DNA of 64,000 nucleotides from Candidatus Nealsonbacteria bacterium (GCA_026396115.1 JAPLXL010000005.1:66967-130966), one strand, 5' to 3'. Numbered from the stretch's first letter, positions 26,479-37,487 are shown. Made by a program: numbers and translations. The notes: generated from the letters alone by a model not told the origin.

Positions 26479-28770
26479 ATGGAGCTTAAAAAATATCAGC
26501 AAAAAACACTAGATGAATTGCAGGAATATATTTTAGAGATGAGAAAATACGACACCGAAAAGGCGGCGGGTTTTGCGTTTATGATAAAAACAGATAAGCC
26601 ATATAATTGGTTGCCGGAGATTGGAAATAGCCCTTTTGTCTGTATCAAAGTTCCAACTGCGGGCGGCAAAACACTGATTGCCGTTTATGCGGTTGGATTA
26701 ATCTTGAAAGAATTTCTTTCGGAAAAAAATGATAGGGGATTGGTGATGTGGTTCGTGCCTTCGGATGCGATAAAAACACAAACCATTAATAACTTACGCA
26801 ATAAAAATCATCCATATAGGGAAGTCTTAGATAAAAGATTTAATAACGCAGTAAAAGTTTTTGACTTATCAGAAGCAAAATCTATTAAAAAGGATGACCT
26901 AATAGATAACCTTTGTATTATTATTTCTACTTTAAGCGCTTTCAGGCGGACCAATAAAGAATGGTTAAAAGTTTATCAAGATAATGGCAGTTTAATGGAG
27001 CATTTTGAGGGATTAAATAGTGATGATTTTGAATTTTTAGATAAAGACAAATCGGGAGAAATTAAATATTCTCTTTCAAATGTTATTAAATTGCATAACC
27101 CGTTAGTTATTGCTGATGAGGGTCATAGGGTTCAAACGCCTCTTTCATACGAGATGCTAAAAGATATTAACCCATCTTTTGTTTTAGAGTTTACTGCAAC
27201 ACCGAAAGGACAGAGTAACGTACTTGTGAATATTTTGGCCCGCGAATTAAAGAATGAAAAAATGATAAAAATGCCAATCTATTTGGCTAATAAAATGCCG
27301 TGGCAAGAAACGATTTATGAGGGAATTGAAAAAAGAAATAACTTGGAAAAAATTACTAAGAAAAACAAAGAAGTTTATATAAGACCGATTATGCTGATAC
27401 AAGCAGAGCAAGAAAAGGAAAATCGTAATAAAATTTATGTGGAAAAGATTCGCCAGTTTTTAATTAGTGAGGTAAAAATTCCAACAGAAGAGATCGCAGT
27501 TCAAACTAGCAAAACAAAAGAACTCCCAGTCTTAGAGATTCTTTCGAACAAAAGTTGTCCAATTAGGTATATTATTACTGTAAATGCTCTTCGCGAAGGA
27601 TGGGATTGCCCTTTTGCTTATATTTTAGTATCTGTTTCTAATTTAGGAGCTAGAATTGCAGTTGAACAGACAATAGGTAGAATTATGAGACTTCCATATG
27701 CGAAAGAACAAAATAATGCAGCTTTAAATTCTGCATATATTTTTGCCTCTACAAGAAACTTTAGCCAGACCTCAGAGATGGTGATTAAGGGATTACAAGA
27801 GAACGGTTACGAAGATGTCGTGCCCATAAAAAGTGGGGTTTCTATTATTAAGAATGAATTTCAAAAGAAGGTAAGCGATAAGAATATTATTGTCCCATAT
27901 ACCAATATTAAAGAAGGTTCTATTTTTAGGAAATTAGATTATGCGGGGGATTTAATAGGAAACGAATCTGTTTTAGAAACTAAGAATGTAGATATTGATT
28001 TTCAGATAATTGATGATAGCCAAATTATAAAAATTGATATTGGACAAGATGATCAACTTATGCGGGAAACCGTAGGAAAATTAGGCTTAATATATCATTA
28101 CAAAGATTTTACTAAAGATGATTTATTGTTATGGTTCCAAAGGAAAATACAGAGGAGTTTCATTTCAATGGAAGAAATGAAAAATTATTTAGAGAAAATT
28201 ATAGAAAGTTTGCTTGGAAAATATAAATTAAACCAATTAAGTGTTCATCGGTACAAAATCAAAGAAGTTATAGAAAAACAAATTAACCAAATCATTGATA
28301 GTGTAACTACCCAAAAGTTTAACAAATTAGCAGAGAAAGGATTAATTATTACTAAAGGAGAAGGTTTTGTGTTTTCCGATAAAATTGAATTATTAAGTCT
28401 CTGCTCTGACAATTTTAAAAAACATTTATATGAAAAAGCTGGGAAAATGAATAAAGAAGAATTAGATTTAGCTTATAGAATTGATGGTCTTTCAAATATA
28501 TTTTGGTGGTTTCGAAATCCTGAAAATAATGGGTTTCATATTCAAGGATGGTTAAAGAACAAATTTTATCCTGATTTTATTGTAAAAACAAAAAAATCAA
28601 ATTATTTCATATTAGAGTATAAAGGAGAACATTTAATGGGTTCAGAAGAGACCGATTACAAGAAAGCCATTGGTAAAAATTGGGAAAGATTGAGTAATGG
28701 TAAATATTGTTTTGAGTTAGTTGATAAAAAGAATATAGATAAGATTATAGATAAAATTTCTAAATTATAG
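26479..28770 (+). CDS. res: Type III R-M restriction subunit (SF2 helicase plus PD-(D/E)xK nuclease)
   Basis: VPTAGGKT, DEGH, TATP, LREGWDCP, QTIGRIMR, FYPDFIV..LEYKG. Confidence 0.92.
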   Translation: MELKKYQQKTLDELQEYILEMRKYDTEKAAGFAFMIKTDKPYNWLPEIGNSPFVCIKVPTAGGKTLIAVYAVGLILKEFLSEKNDRGLVMWFVPSDAIKTQTINNLRNKNHPYREVLDKRFNNAVKVFDLSEAKSIKKDDLIDNLCIIISTLSAFRRTNKEWLKVYQDNGSLMEHFEGLNSDDFEFLDKDKSGEIKYSLSNVIKLHNPLVIADEGHRVQTPLSYEMLKDINPSFVLEFTATPKGQSNVLVNILARELKNEKMIKMPIYLANKMPWQETIYEGIEKRNNLEKITKKNKEVYIRPIMLIQAEQEKENRNKIYVEKIRQFLISEVKIPTEEIAVQTSKTKELPVLEILSNKSCPIRYIITVNALREGWDCPFAYILVSVSNLGARIAVEQTIGRIMRLPYAKEQNNAALNSAYIFASTRNFSQTSEMVIKGLQENGYEDVVPIKSGVSIIKNEFQKKVSDKNIIVPYTNIKEGSIFRKLDYAGDLIGNESVLETKNVDIDFQIIDDSQIIKIDIGQDDQLMRETVGKLGLIYHYKDFTKDDLLLWFQRKIQRSFISMEEMKNYLEKIIESLLGKYKLNQLSVHRYKIKEVIEKQINQIIDSVTTQKFNKLAEKGLIITKGEGFVFSDKIELLSLCSDNFKKHLYEKAGKMNKEELDLAYRIDGLSNIFWWFRNPENNGFHIQGWLKNKFYPDFIVKTKKSNYFILEYKGEHLMGSEETDYKKAIGKNWERLSNGKYCFELVDKKNIDKIIDKISKL

Positions 28771-28838
28771 TTAAAAAGTCGAAAAATTAATTAAGAAATA
28801 AAAAAGGTTGCTAAAATTTAAATTATATTTTAAAAATT

Positions 28839-29159
28839 ATGGCATTAATTAAATGTCCAGAATGTGGACACGAAGTCTCTGATGAGGCTTTATCTTGTCC
28901 AAACTGTGGTCATCCTCTAAAATCAATAAATCAGATTACACAACAATCACCTGTTACAATTGAGCAAACTGCGAAAAAATGGAAAGTGGTCAAGCTTGTA
29001 TCAGCTATATTTATGATTATCGGGCTCTTCCTTTTTCTTAGGGGCTTGTCAGCGGGAGGATTCGAAAATGCTAAAACCGGTCTAGGCTTTTTTATTGCTT
29101 TTGTGTCATTTATAGGTCTTTTAGTTGGTAAATTCGGGGCGTGGTGGACTAATAGATAA
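28839..29159 (+). CDS. Zinc-ribbon two-TM protein
   Basis: MALIKCPECG..VSD.A..CPNCG followed by two TM segments. Confidence 0.8.
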   Translation: MALIKCPECGHEVSDEALSCPNCGHPLKSINQITQQSPVTIEQTAKKWKVVKLVSAIFMIIGLFLFLRGLSAGGFENAKTGLGFFIAFVSFIGLLVGKFGAWWTNR

Positions 29160-29286
29160 TTTTTTACTTGATCAAATATTAACTGTTGCTGATCTTTGGA
29201 GATCAGACCTCGTAATAAATACGAAAAACAAATCGACCAAATGGTTTATAAACTCTACGGCCTCACTCCGGAGGAGATAAAGATTA

Positions 29287-30066
29287 TTGAAGAATAGAAT
29301 AATGATGATTATAAAATGGGAGAAAATTAAATCTTTGCTTTTATTAAAATCGAATTGGTTTTTTATTATTTTTTTATTAACTTCTGCGGTTTTTATATTA
29401 TGGTTATTTTATATTTTTGGACACCAAATTTTTATAGAGACAATAAATGAATTCTTTCCTTGGGACGGCTGGAATACCGTATCTGCAATCGCTCTAATTA
29501 TTACAGCTATTGCGATTGGATGTCAGGCTTATTATACAAGAAAATATATGGAATTTGCGGTGACACCAAAGGTTTTTTTTACTATTCGGTCTATTGCGAG
29601 ATTAGAGTTAGAAGAAAAGTTTAAAGAGATCATCAATTTCTCCGAAAGAGAAAAATTAATTAAAGAAGAGTTAAATAAAAAATCTATAGATGAAAAACTG
29701 CAAGCTTATTTTTTTGTTAAAAATAACTCAAAATTTCCAGTTCTGTTTAGAGTGAAAATAGATTATAAAGACGAAGGACGAATAATAAAACACGTTAATC
29801 ATTATTGGGGAAACCCATTACATATTTATCCTGGTCTTATGCGGTATCCAGGTGTTATTGTTTTAAAAGACGTAATAGGCCCTGATAAAGATTATAAAGG
29901 AAAAACAATTATTGCTCATATTATGTATACTTATAGTCCAAGATTTGCACCAAGAATAAACTATGGAACATTTTCGGAACCATGGTGTTTTGATTTAGAA
30001 GAATTTAGATGGAGTGGACCAGAGGGTATTAAAGAAGAAAATCTAAACATCTTTAAAAGAGAGTAG
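29287..30066 (+). CDS. Hypothetical membrane-anchored protein (start uncertain)
   Basis: 259-aa ORF with two N-terminal TM segments. Confidence 0.65.
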   Translation: MKNRIMMIIKWEKIKSLLLLKSNWFFIIFLLTSAVFILWLFYIFGHQIFIETINEFFPWDGWNTVSAIALIITAIAIGCQAYYTRKYMEFAVTPKVFFTIRSIARLELEEKFKEIINFSEREKLIKEELNKKSIDEKLQAYFFVKNNSKFPVLFRVKIDYKDEGRIIKHVNHYWGNPLHIYPGLMRYPGVIVLKDVIGPDKDYKGKTIIAHIMYTYSPRFAPRINYGTFSEPWCFDLEEFRWSGPEGIKEENLNIFKRE

Positions 30067-30180
30067 CTATATCTTGATTTTTTATTCATTACTAAAACAA
30101 GCCAAACAAAAAGTCGAAGAATTAATTGAGAAATAAAATTATGGAAGAAGAAAGAAAACAAATCTGTAAAAATATGCCCT

Positions 30181-31260
30181 ATGTCTGATCCAGAAATACC
30201 TAAAATTGTATATTTATTTGGTGCAGGGGCAACTCATGCTGAAAAATTGCTTGAATGCAAAATAAAAGGAACTGGATTCAATGAACTCGGAGAATTAGAA
30301 AGGGGTGGTCTACTTGCCAGTGATATATCCAAGAGAGTGATTGATAAATTATTCCACGATAAGCCAGAAATTGCTAACGATTATGGCATTACCAAATTAT
30401 CCATTGATGATCCTAGACTAATCGAAAATGCAGATATCGAATTATTAATTTCGTTAGTTGAGACCTTAAAAACTGATAAATCTGAAAATGATGTTAAATT
30501 CTTAAAAGATTTTTTTAAAAAGGAGATTTCCGAAAACCTTTTAGTGGATGGAAATAATATTATTCCGAGATTATATAGTTCACTGCTTGAACTTCATGGG
30601 TTAATAGGGCACGAAGAACAGCTTATTGGATTTTTAACTTTGAACTACGATTCACTTTTTGAAAAATCATTTGAATTAATTAATAAAATACGATTTAATT
30701 ATGGATTGGCTATTGGAAATCCACCGATAAGTTGTAAACCAGAAGATTCTTATTTACTGAAATTGCATGGATCTTTCGATTGGTATCTCGATCTAGATAA
30801 TAATAAAATTATCATATCGACAAAGCAATCCGAGGAGCCACTATGGATTCCCCCGAGATTAAATAAAGAATATCTTGATTACCCATACAATTTAATTCAT
30901 GGAAAAGCATACGAATTATTAGGTCAATGTGATATTCTAAGGGTAGTAGGGTGTTCGTTAAATCAAAATGATATTAGATTGATTTCGTTATTATTCAAGA
31001 CCCAGAGGTTGAAACGATTAAAACCATATTTGATAGAAATTATTTCTCCTCCGGAAGCATGCCTTGATATTATTAAGAGATTAGGTCTTATTTTATCTTT
31101 TGACGAATCTTTCTATGATAAAGGATGGAATAAGTTTGGGATCGATGCTGATAATTCTTTTTTAGACTGGCTTTATTATAGGGCTATGAATATACGAGAA
31201 AAAATATCATTAGAAGAAACAATATATTTAAAAGATGTAGAAAAATGGATAAACTTATAA
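30181..31260 (+). CDS. SIR2-like (SIR2_2) protein
   Basis: YLFGAGAT, TLNYD, LKLHGS, VVGCSL..D. Confidence 0.85.
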   Translation: MSDPEIPKIVYLFGAGATHAEKLLECKIKGTGFNELGELERGGLLASDISKRVIDKLFHDKPEIANDYGITKLSIDDPRLIENADIELLISLVETLKTDKSENDVKFLKDFFKKEISENLLVDGNNIIPRLYSSLLELHGLIGHEEQLIGFLTLNYDSLFEKSFELINKIRFNYGLAIGNPPISCKPEDSYLLKLHGSFDWYLDLDNNKIIISTKQSEEPLWIPPRLNKEYLDYPYNLIHGKAYELLGQCDILRVVGCSLNQNDIRLISLLFKTQRLKRLKPYLIEIISPPEACLDIIKRLGLILSFDESFYDKGWNKFGIDADNSFLDWLYYRAMNIREKISLEETIYLKDVEKWINL

Positions 31261-32303
31261 AATTTAGCAAAAAAAGAGAAGTCGAATCTTGGAAAGTTGT
31301 AGATTTGATATCAAAAATAGAATCCGGAGAGCTTGATTTAGATACCGAATACCAAAGAGACATAATATGGTCAAAGTCTAAAAAAGCATTGCTGATAGAT
31401 TCAATATTAAAGGATATTGATATACCAAAAATTTATTTAGCATATTTTTTAAAAGAAAAAAAATATGAATGTATCGATGGAAAACAAAGAATCGCGTCAG
31501 TTTTAGATTTTTATAATAATGTTTTACAAACAACATCAGGAGAACGTTTTAAGGAGTTGCCAGATAAAAATATTTTTTTAAATTATCAGTTTTCTGTAAG
31601 TATTATTCGAGAACCTACACCTCAAGATATTTCTGAATTATTCTATAGATTAAACATAGGAGTCCCATTAAATGGGGGGGAATTAATTCATGCGATGAGA
31701 GGAGACATGATAGATTTTATATTTACTACAATCGGGGAAAAGGGACCGTTTATTGGTAAAGTAGGCATGAAACAATATAGGTTTTCAAGAGAAATTGCCC
31801 TAGCACAAATCATTATAAACTCAATTTTTTTTAGAGGAACGGGTGATTTTGTTAGAGCTAGATATGAAGACCTTTATAAATTTTTGAGCAAAGAAGAAAA
31901 TATAAAATTTGATTCAGTCGTTATAAAAAAAGTTAAAAAAATTGAATCAATCTTGCTTGAACTTGAAAGAATTTTTGGAAAAGACATTACTAGACTTAAC
32001 AGAAAATCAGCCATAGTATCTGCATATTTATTTTGCGAAGAAATGATAGAAAAAAAGAGCATAAAAGATTTAGAAAAATTCCCACAATTCTATTTACAAT
32101 TATTGGATGAGATAAAACAACAGGCGAATTTAATAAAAAAATATCGTACGCCTACAAAAAAAATACTCCTTGAAAGATTTCAAAAAAATCTTCAACAGGC
32201 TTCTGTTGAAGGATATTCAATAAAACGAAGACAAGAATTTTTAGAGGAAGCGTTTACCTATTATCTAAAAAACGGTAAAATAATAGGAGATAATATTACT
32301 TAA
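31245..32303 (+). CDS. DUF262 (ParB/Srx-like, GmrS-type) protein
   Basis: YQRDIIW, LIDSIL, IDGKQR, FYRLN.G..L...E. Confidence 0.88.
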   Translation: MDKLIKFSKKREVESWKVVDLISKIESGELDLDTEYQRDIIWSKSKKALLIDSILKDIDIPKIYLAYFLKEKKYECIDGKQRIASVLDFYNNVLQTTSGERFKELPDKNIFLNYQFSVSIIREPTPQDISELFYRLNIGVPLNGGELIHAMRGDMIDFIFTTIGEKGPFIGKVGMKQYRFSREIALAQIIINSIFFRGTGDFVRARYEDLYKFLSKEENIKFDSVVIKKVKKIESILLELERIFGKDITRLNRKSAIVSAYLFCEEMIEKKSIKDLEKFPQFYLQLLDEIKQQANLIKKYRTPTKKILLERFQKNLQQASVEGYSIKRRQEFLEEAFTYYLKNGKIIGDNIT

Positions 32304-33538
32304 TTATTCCGCCATATTAAAACACTTTCTCTCGAAGGATTTCTTTTAAACCGTTGCATTTGCTGGGCGCTATTTCCCCTATATCTTGCAGTGAATATGG
32401 CATCGGTTGATAAACCCACTTGCTCTCCTATATCTGCTAATATTTTATCAACTGGGACATTGATACCTCCAAACCTGACATTACTTACAACAAGGGCGAT
32501 TTTCCCATTCTTCTTTAGGCAGTTTTTCATTCGAAGCAACGAAAGATACATATCTTCGAAATATCCTTCAATCATCTTTGGAACTTGTGAATTATTTAGT
32601 CCAGCCTTTCTAATTTTATTAATTAACGCATCAATAATTCTTGGCTTTTTATAGCCGTTTGCTTCAAATTGCTTTTTTGCCTCAACGTGAGATCTAAGAG
32701 TGTTATATCTAATCTTTTTTAGTTCATCATGATTTTTAATAAAGCCCACAATTAATTCGAGCCCGTATATTCTTGTATAGTCATGTCTATTTGGATATGG
32801 CGGAGAAGTAATGATCGCATCGAATTTTCTTTTTGTCTTCAATACTCTCGAGTCTGATATTTTAGCACCTACCTTTACGTCTGGAAATTTGAAATCATTT
32901 ATAAATTTCCCAACGTCATTAATCATCGCCTCAATCTTTAATAAAAATTGCCTAGTTACCTCACCATTAATAATTGTTTTTTTCTTAATCCGGAGAAAGC
33001 CGCCCGATTTTGAAGTGTTACTTACCGATTCTAAGATACTTAGCAATCCTAACATATAAAAATCTCTTACCTTAGGATTCCTAATTGTATCAATCTTGGA
33101 TTTTAGGCAAAGTAATTCTTTTTTTGTATTAGGACTAAAAGCTTCCCGTATGATTTTGATATCAGGTAAATCAATGTTTTTTCGTGATAAAAATCCCTTT
33201 TTGTAAAATCTTCCAAGATATCGCCTTAAAATTATAGGTTGATAGTTTCTTGTTTTGACATTAGATAAGAAAACAGAAAAAGGAAGTATGTCAAAACCTT
33301 CGGAATAAATGCCCATCTCCTTACATGCAAGAAGGGTCGTGCCGCCGCCACAGAAGGGATCCAAAACCCATGAATTTCTGCCAAGATTAAATTCGTCAAT
33401 CAACTTTTTTACCAATTCTCCGGAGTAGCTATGTTTAAAAGCATACCAGTTGTATCTTGGTTTATTACGGTCACTAAAAGGGGATATAAGTGGACCATAT
33501 TCATTTGTTTTTACAACAAGAGGAACGGTAGTAGGCAT
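32300..33538 (-). CDS. DNA methyltransferase, probably N4-cytosine
   Basis: VLDPFCGGGTT and ITSPPY motifs. Confidence 0.88.
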   Translation of the reverse strand: MPTTVPLVVKTNEYGPLISPFSDRNKPRYNWYAFKHSYSGELVKKLIDEFNLGRNSWVLDPFCGGGTTLLACKEMGIYSEGFDILPFSVFLSNVKTRNYQPIILRRYLGRFYKKGFLSRKNIDLPDIKIIREAFSPNTKKELLCLKSKIDTIRNPKVRDFYMLGLLSILESVSNTSKSGGFLRIKKKTIINGEVTRQFLLKIEAMINDVGKFINDFKFPDVKVGAKISDSRVLKTKRKFDAIITSPPYPNRHDYTRIYGLELIVGFIKNHDELKKIRYNTLRSHVEAKKQFEANGYKKPRIIDALINKIRKAGLNNSQVPKMIEGYFEDMYLSLLRMKNCLKKNGKIALVVSNVRFGGINVPVDKILADIGEQVGLSTDAIFTARYRGNSAQQMQRFKRNPSRESVLIWRNN

Positions 33539-33734
33539 ATTGCTTTCGTAGCGAGAAAATCTTATTATATTATAACAAATTGTGCAGTTTATGGTAAGAT
33601 AAACGTCGGACAAGGTATATTGTACAACTTTCTATAAATAGATACAAAATAAAAAAGTTGAGTTTATGAGAATGAGGCAAAAAATACCAAATTTAGCCAG
33701 AAGTTGAGAAAATTCACTGAAATTTTTATTAAAA

Positions 33735-34484
33735 ATGATCTTTTTAAAAAATCTACAAAGATATAAAAATGTAATTCATGGAGTATTGGAGAGAAAAGAC
33801 GGTTCAGTCAATCCATTTTCTAATCCTAGGACCGAGGAGAATATTTTAAGGGCTTTAAAGAAGTTGGGATATAAAAATGCTGAGGTTGATAATTTAATTT
33901 TTGCCGATCAAGTTCACGGCAAGAATATTTATTTTTGTCCTCCGGGTGTTGGAGGTTATATCAAACTGCAAACTGACGGATTGATAACCAAGACCTCGGG
34001 TCAAATTTTGGTAATTAAGAGTGCTGATTGTTTACCAATTTTAATTTATGATCCGAAACAAGGGAAAGTGGGAGCAATTCATGCCGGGAGAGAAGGTATC
34101 ACGAAGGGAATTATTGAAATGACTATCAAGGCCTTTGATTCTCAACCATCCTCTTTGATTGTAGGAATTGATCCTCATATTAGAAAGTGCTGTTATTACT
34201 TAAAAAAGGAAAATGAAAATTTAACCCAGGAGTCTGAGCTGAAAAAGTATATTCAAAAGAGGAATGGGAAGTTCTATGTTGATTTAACTCAGGTTGTGAT
34301 TGATAAACTTTCAAAATTTGGGGTTAAAAAAGAGAATATTGAGGATTGCGGTATTTGTACTTTTTGCCAGACCGAGAGATTTTATTCGGCCCGCAAAAGA
34401 GAAAAGCAGCCAGAGATTTATCAAAAAGAAGAAGAACGATTTCCTTGTTTTGGAAGTTTTATTGGATTATTGCCAGAGAATTAA
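33735..34484 (+). CDS. YfiH/PgeF (polyphenol oxidase/purine nucleoside phosphorylase) family protein
   Basis: QVHG, ADCLP, HAG, CCY, CT.C...FYS.R. Confidence 0.88.
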   Translation: MIFLKNLQRYKNVIHGVLERKDGSVNPFSNPRTEENILRALKKLGYKNAEVDNLIFADQVHGKNIYFCPPGVGGYIKLQTDGLITKTSGQILVIKSADCLPILIYDPKQGKVGAIHAGREGITKGIIEMTIKAFDSQPSSLIVGIDPHIRKCCYYLKKENENLTQESELKKYIQKRNGKFYVDLTQVVIDKLSKFGVKKENIEDCGICTFCQTERFYSARKREKQPEIYQKEEERFPCFGSFIGLLPEN

Positions 34485-34910
34485 AGCAGATGCACAGAAC
34501 AAAATTAAAGAACGGTAAATAATCAAAATTTAGGCCGAAGTTGAGGAAATTTACTAAAATTATGGGAAATTTGCCAAATTTTAACACAAATAAATCACAG
34601 ACAAGAAGGCTTGACAAGGGTTTTGGATTTGGTATACTTAAAATAGTTAATCCCACCGCTTTCTCGGTTCGCCGGGACAGCGGTTTTTATTTTTATGAAA
34701 AAAACATTATGTAGGGATTCCTAAGGGCCAATCGTACGGTCTTTCAAGTGTTGCCGACGATGTTAGATTATTAAGGTCGAAAGAAATAGAACAATTTTTA
34801 CCCGCATCGCTTATATAAAATTGAGAGAAAATGGGGTCAACTCTATTTTTAACAAAAAGTCGGAGAATTAATTGAGCCCATCCGACAAGCTCAAGGTAAA
34901 AAATAAAATT

Positions 34911-35315
34911 ATGGAAAGAGAACAAGTCGGTATTATATTTAGGAATAGTAAAGGAGAAATCCTTCTGCAACACAGAGATGAAAAGGCTCCAAGATACCCA
35001 AATTGTTGGGGATTTTTTGGAGGAAGAATAGAAGAAGGAGAAAATCAAGAATTAGCATTAAAAAGAGAGGTAGAGGAAGAATTAAAAATAAAAATAGAAT
35101 CTTATTATTTTTTTAAAAAGTATGACCTGAGGGATGGACAAGGCGATATTCGGGAATATTTTTATATTGCTCCTTTAAATACGGTTATCGAAGATTTAAA
35201 AAAGAATTTAAGTGAGGGAAACGACTTAAAATATTTTTCACTGGGGAAAATAAAGGAATTAAATACCCCAGATTACGAAAAACCTGTTTTTGATGATTTA
35301 TCTAATATCGCTTAA
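34911..35315 (+). CDS. NUDIX hydrolase
   Basis: GGRIEEGENQELALKREVEEEL. Confidence 0.9.
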   Translation: MEREQVGIIFRNSKGEILLQHRDEKAPRYPNCWGFFGGRIEEGENQELALKREVEEELKIKIESYYFFKKYDLRDGQGDIREYFYIAPLNTVIEDLKKNLSEGNDLKYFSLGKIKELNTPDYEKPVFDDLSNIA

Positions 35316-35412
35316 TTCAAAATTTAGCCCGAAGTTGAAGGAAAATTATGAAAAATTTTTAAAAGAAAATAAAATATTTGAAATCAAGGAAATCAAAAAG
35401 TAAAATAAAAAA

Positions 35413-35685
35413 ATGAAAAATCAATTTGAAAAAATTAAAAAAGAGGCGGAAGAGATTAAAAGAGAAGCTAAACAGAGGATAATCGGATATATTGTGGCGG
35501 CTTTTGGTTTGGTGGCCGGTTTGGCTTGGAACGAGGCAATTAAGTCCTTAATAGAATATCTTTTCCCCTTAAGCCGCAATACTCTTTTGTTAAAATTCGT
35601 TTATGCCGCCTTAATAACCTTGGTCTTGGTCTTTATCTCAATTTATTTGGTGAAATTATTTAAAGATTATGAAAAAGAAAAATAA
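35413..35685 (+). CDS. DUF5654-type two-TM protein
   Basis: AAFGLVAGLAWNEAIK..YA. Confidence 0.8.
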   Translation: MKNQFEKIKKEAEEIKREAKQRIIGYIVAAFGLVAGLAWNEAIKSLIEYLFPLSRNTLLLKFVYAALITLVLVFISIYLVKLFKDYEKEK

Positions 35686-35908
35686 ACTAACCTGTAAAAC
35701 GGGGTCAAAGAAAAATATCATCAATAAAGAAGTTTTCGATAGAGAAATTGCTCTTTGTGAAATGTTGGCGAAAAAACACAAAGGAAAATGCGGCTGGGGC
35801 AAATGTAAGGATTGTGGGGTTATTCCATTTTTATATAAATTACACAATGGAGAATTATTAGAAGACCCCATTAAAATAAAGAAAATTAAAAATAAGATTT
35901 TAAAATAA
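35669..35908 (+). CDS. Small Cys-containing hypothetical protein
   Basis: C..CGWGKCKDCG..KLH. Confidence 0.6.
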   Translation: MKKKNKLTCKTGSKKNIINKEVFDREIALCEMLAKKHKGKCGWGKCKDCGVIPFLYKLHNGELLEDPIKIKKIKNKILK

Positions 35909-35912
35909 ATAA

Positions 35913-36485
35913 ATGGAGGAGATTGAGGTTAAATTTTTGAATATTGACCCCGTTTTAATAGAAAAGAAACTGTTTGAATTGGGAGCCAAGAAAATTTTTG
36001 AAAAATTATACAGAAGAAGGGTTTTTGATTACCCCGATTACAGATTGGATAAATCTGGAGCTTGGTTAAGGCTTCGTGACGAAGGAGAAGAAATAACCCT
36101 TACCTTCAAACAAAGACTGGGCATGAAAAAAGGCGGAAATGGCAACGATATAAGCACGGAGGAAACCGGCATTCGGGTTAATGATTTTGATGCTACCGTC
36201 AATCTGCTATTAAAATTGGGCTTTGTGGAAAAGCATTATGTAGAGAACAAAAGAATAAGATATATGCTGGACGATATCGAATTTGATATAGATTTTTATC
36301 CAAAACTCGAACCGTTTATTGAAATCGAAGCTCCTTCATGGAAGAAAATTGATGAGGCGATTAAATTGCTGAACTTTGACCCAAAAGATAAAAAAATATT
36401 TTCCGCAACCCAAATTTATGCTCAAATGGGCATAATCGTCGACGATTACAAAGAAATAACTTTCGAAAGAATAATAAAGAAGTAA
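35913..36485 (+). CDS. CYTH family (class IV adenylate cyclase-like) protein
   Basis: EIEVKF, LRLR, LTFK, FIEIE. Confidence 0.9.
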   Translation: MEEIEVKFLNIDPVLIEKKLFELGAKKIFEKLYRRRVFDYPDYRLDKSGAWLRLRDEGEEITLTFKQRLGMKKGGNGNDISTEETGIRVNDFDATVNLLLKLGFVEKHYVENKRIRYMLDDIEFDIDFYPKLEPFIEIEAPSWKKIDEAIKLLNFDPKDKKIFSATQIYAQMGIIVDDYKEITFERIIKK

Positions 36486-36546
36486 TCAAAATTTAGGTCG
36501 AAGTTGAAAAGTCGCCAAGAAGGCAGTTTTTTGGTAGAATAAAAAC

Positions 36547-37386
36547 ATGAAAGAAAAAATTAAGCTAGTTTTTAAGACTATCTTTTTAATCGCCATAGTT
36601 TCGACGATAGCGATGTATTGGTATGACCAGTATAATTATTATTTTGGCGAATATTACGAATATACACTTGATTGTCCCTTAGGGAGCAATGTCGCCCTCA
36701 TAAAAATACAGGGAGAAATAGTTACTTACGGGACAGAATTAGTTGATTCAGAAAGCTCAGAGACAGTATCTGAAGATATAACATCGTCGGAAACAGTAGT
36801 TGAATATATAAATCAGATAGAAGGAGACGACTACATGGAGGCAATAATTGTAGAAATAGATTCGTATGGAGGCTCACCAGTAGCCTCTGAGGAGATAATG
36901 AATGCTTTAAAAAGAACTACAAAGCCAACTGTTGCGGTAATAAGAGAAGGTGGGGTTTCCGGGGCTTATCTTATAGCTTCGGGGGCTGATATAATATTTG
37001 CCAGTGAAATGTCAGACATAGGGGGAATCGGAATCACAATGTCTTATCTAGATTACTCTCAACAAAACAAACAAGAGGGCATAATCTATCAACAATTATC
37101 CTTGGGTAAGTTTAAGGATACGGGAGATCCGGATAAAAATTTAACGACTGAAGAAAAAGAGCTTCTTATGAGAGATATAAAGATACTACACGAAGCTTTT
37201 GTAAGAAGAGTGGCTGAAAACAGGGGATTAGATATTGAAAAAGTTGAAAAGTTAGCAGATGGCTCCACGATGTTGGGAATAGCCGCCAAGGAAAACGGGC
37301 TTATTGATGAAATAGGGGATATAAACGACGCAAAAAATTGGCTAAGAGAACAGTTTACGATAGAGCCGGAAATCTGTGTTTATTAA
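36547..37386 (+). CDS. sppA: Signal peptide peptidase SppA (S49)
   Basis: IDSYGG, SGAYLIA, GGIG, GKFKD, GLIDEIG. Confidence 0.9.
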   Translation: MKEKIKLVFKTIFLIAIVSTIAMYWYDQYNYYFGEYYEYTLDCPLGSNVALIKIQGEIVTYGTELVDSESSETVSEDITSSETVVEYINQIEGDDYMEAIIVEIDSYGGSPVASEEIMNALKRTTKPTVAVIREGGVSGAYLIASGADIIFASEMSDIGGIGITMSYLDYSQQNKQEGIIYQQLSLGKFKDTGDPDKNLTTEEKELLMRDIKILHEAFVRRVAENRGLDIEKVEKLADGSTMLGIAAKENGLIDEIGDINDAKNWLREQFTIEPEICVY

Positions 37387-37487
37387 AATATAAAACAAAC
37401 TAAGCCGATGAAAGAAAAACAGGCATAAAAAATGGGGTCAACTCTATTTTTAGTAAAAAGTCGGAGAATTAATTGAGAAATAAAAAT

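Noticed and set aside
19045..33538. Prophage or ICE
   Set aside because: No structural, terminase, relaxase, conjugation or integrase genes are recognisable.
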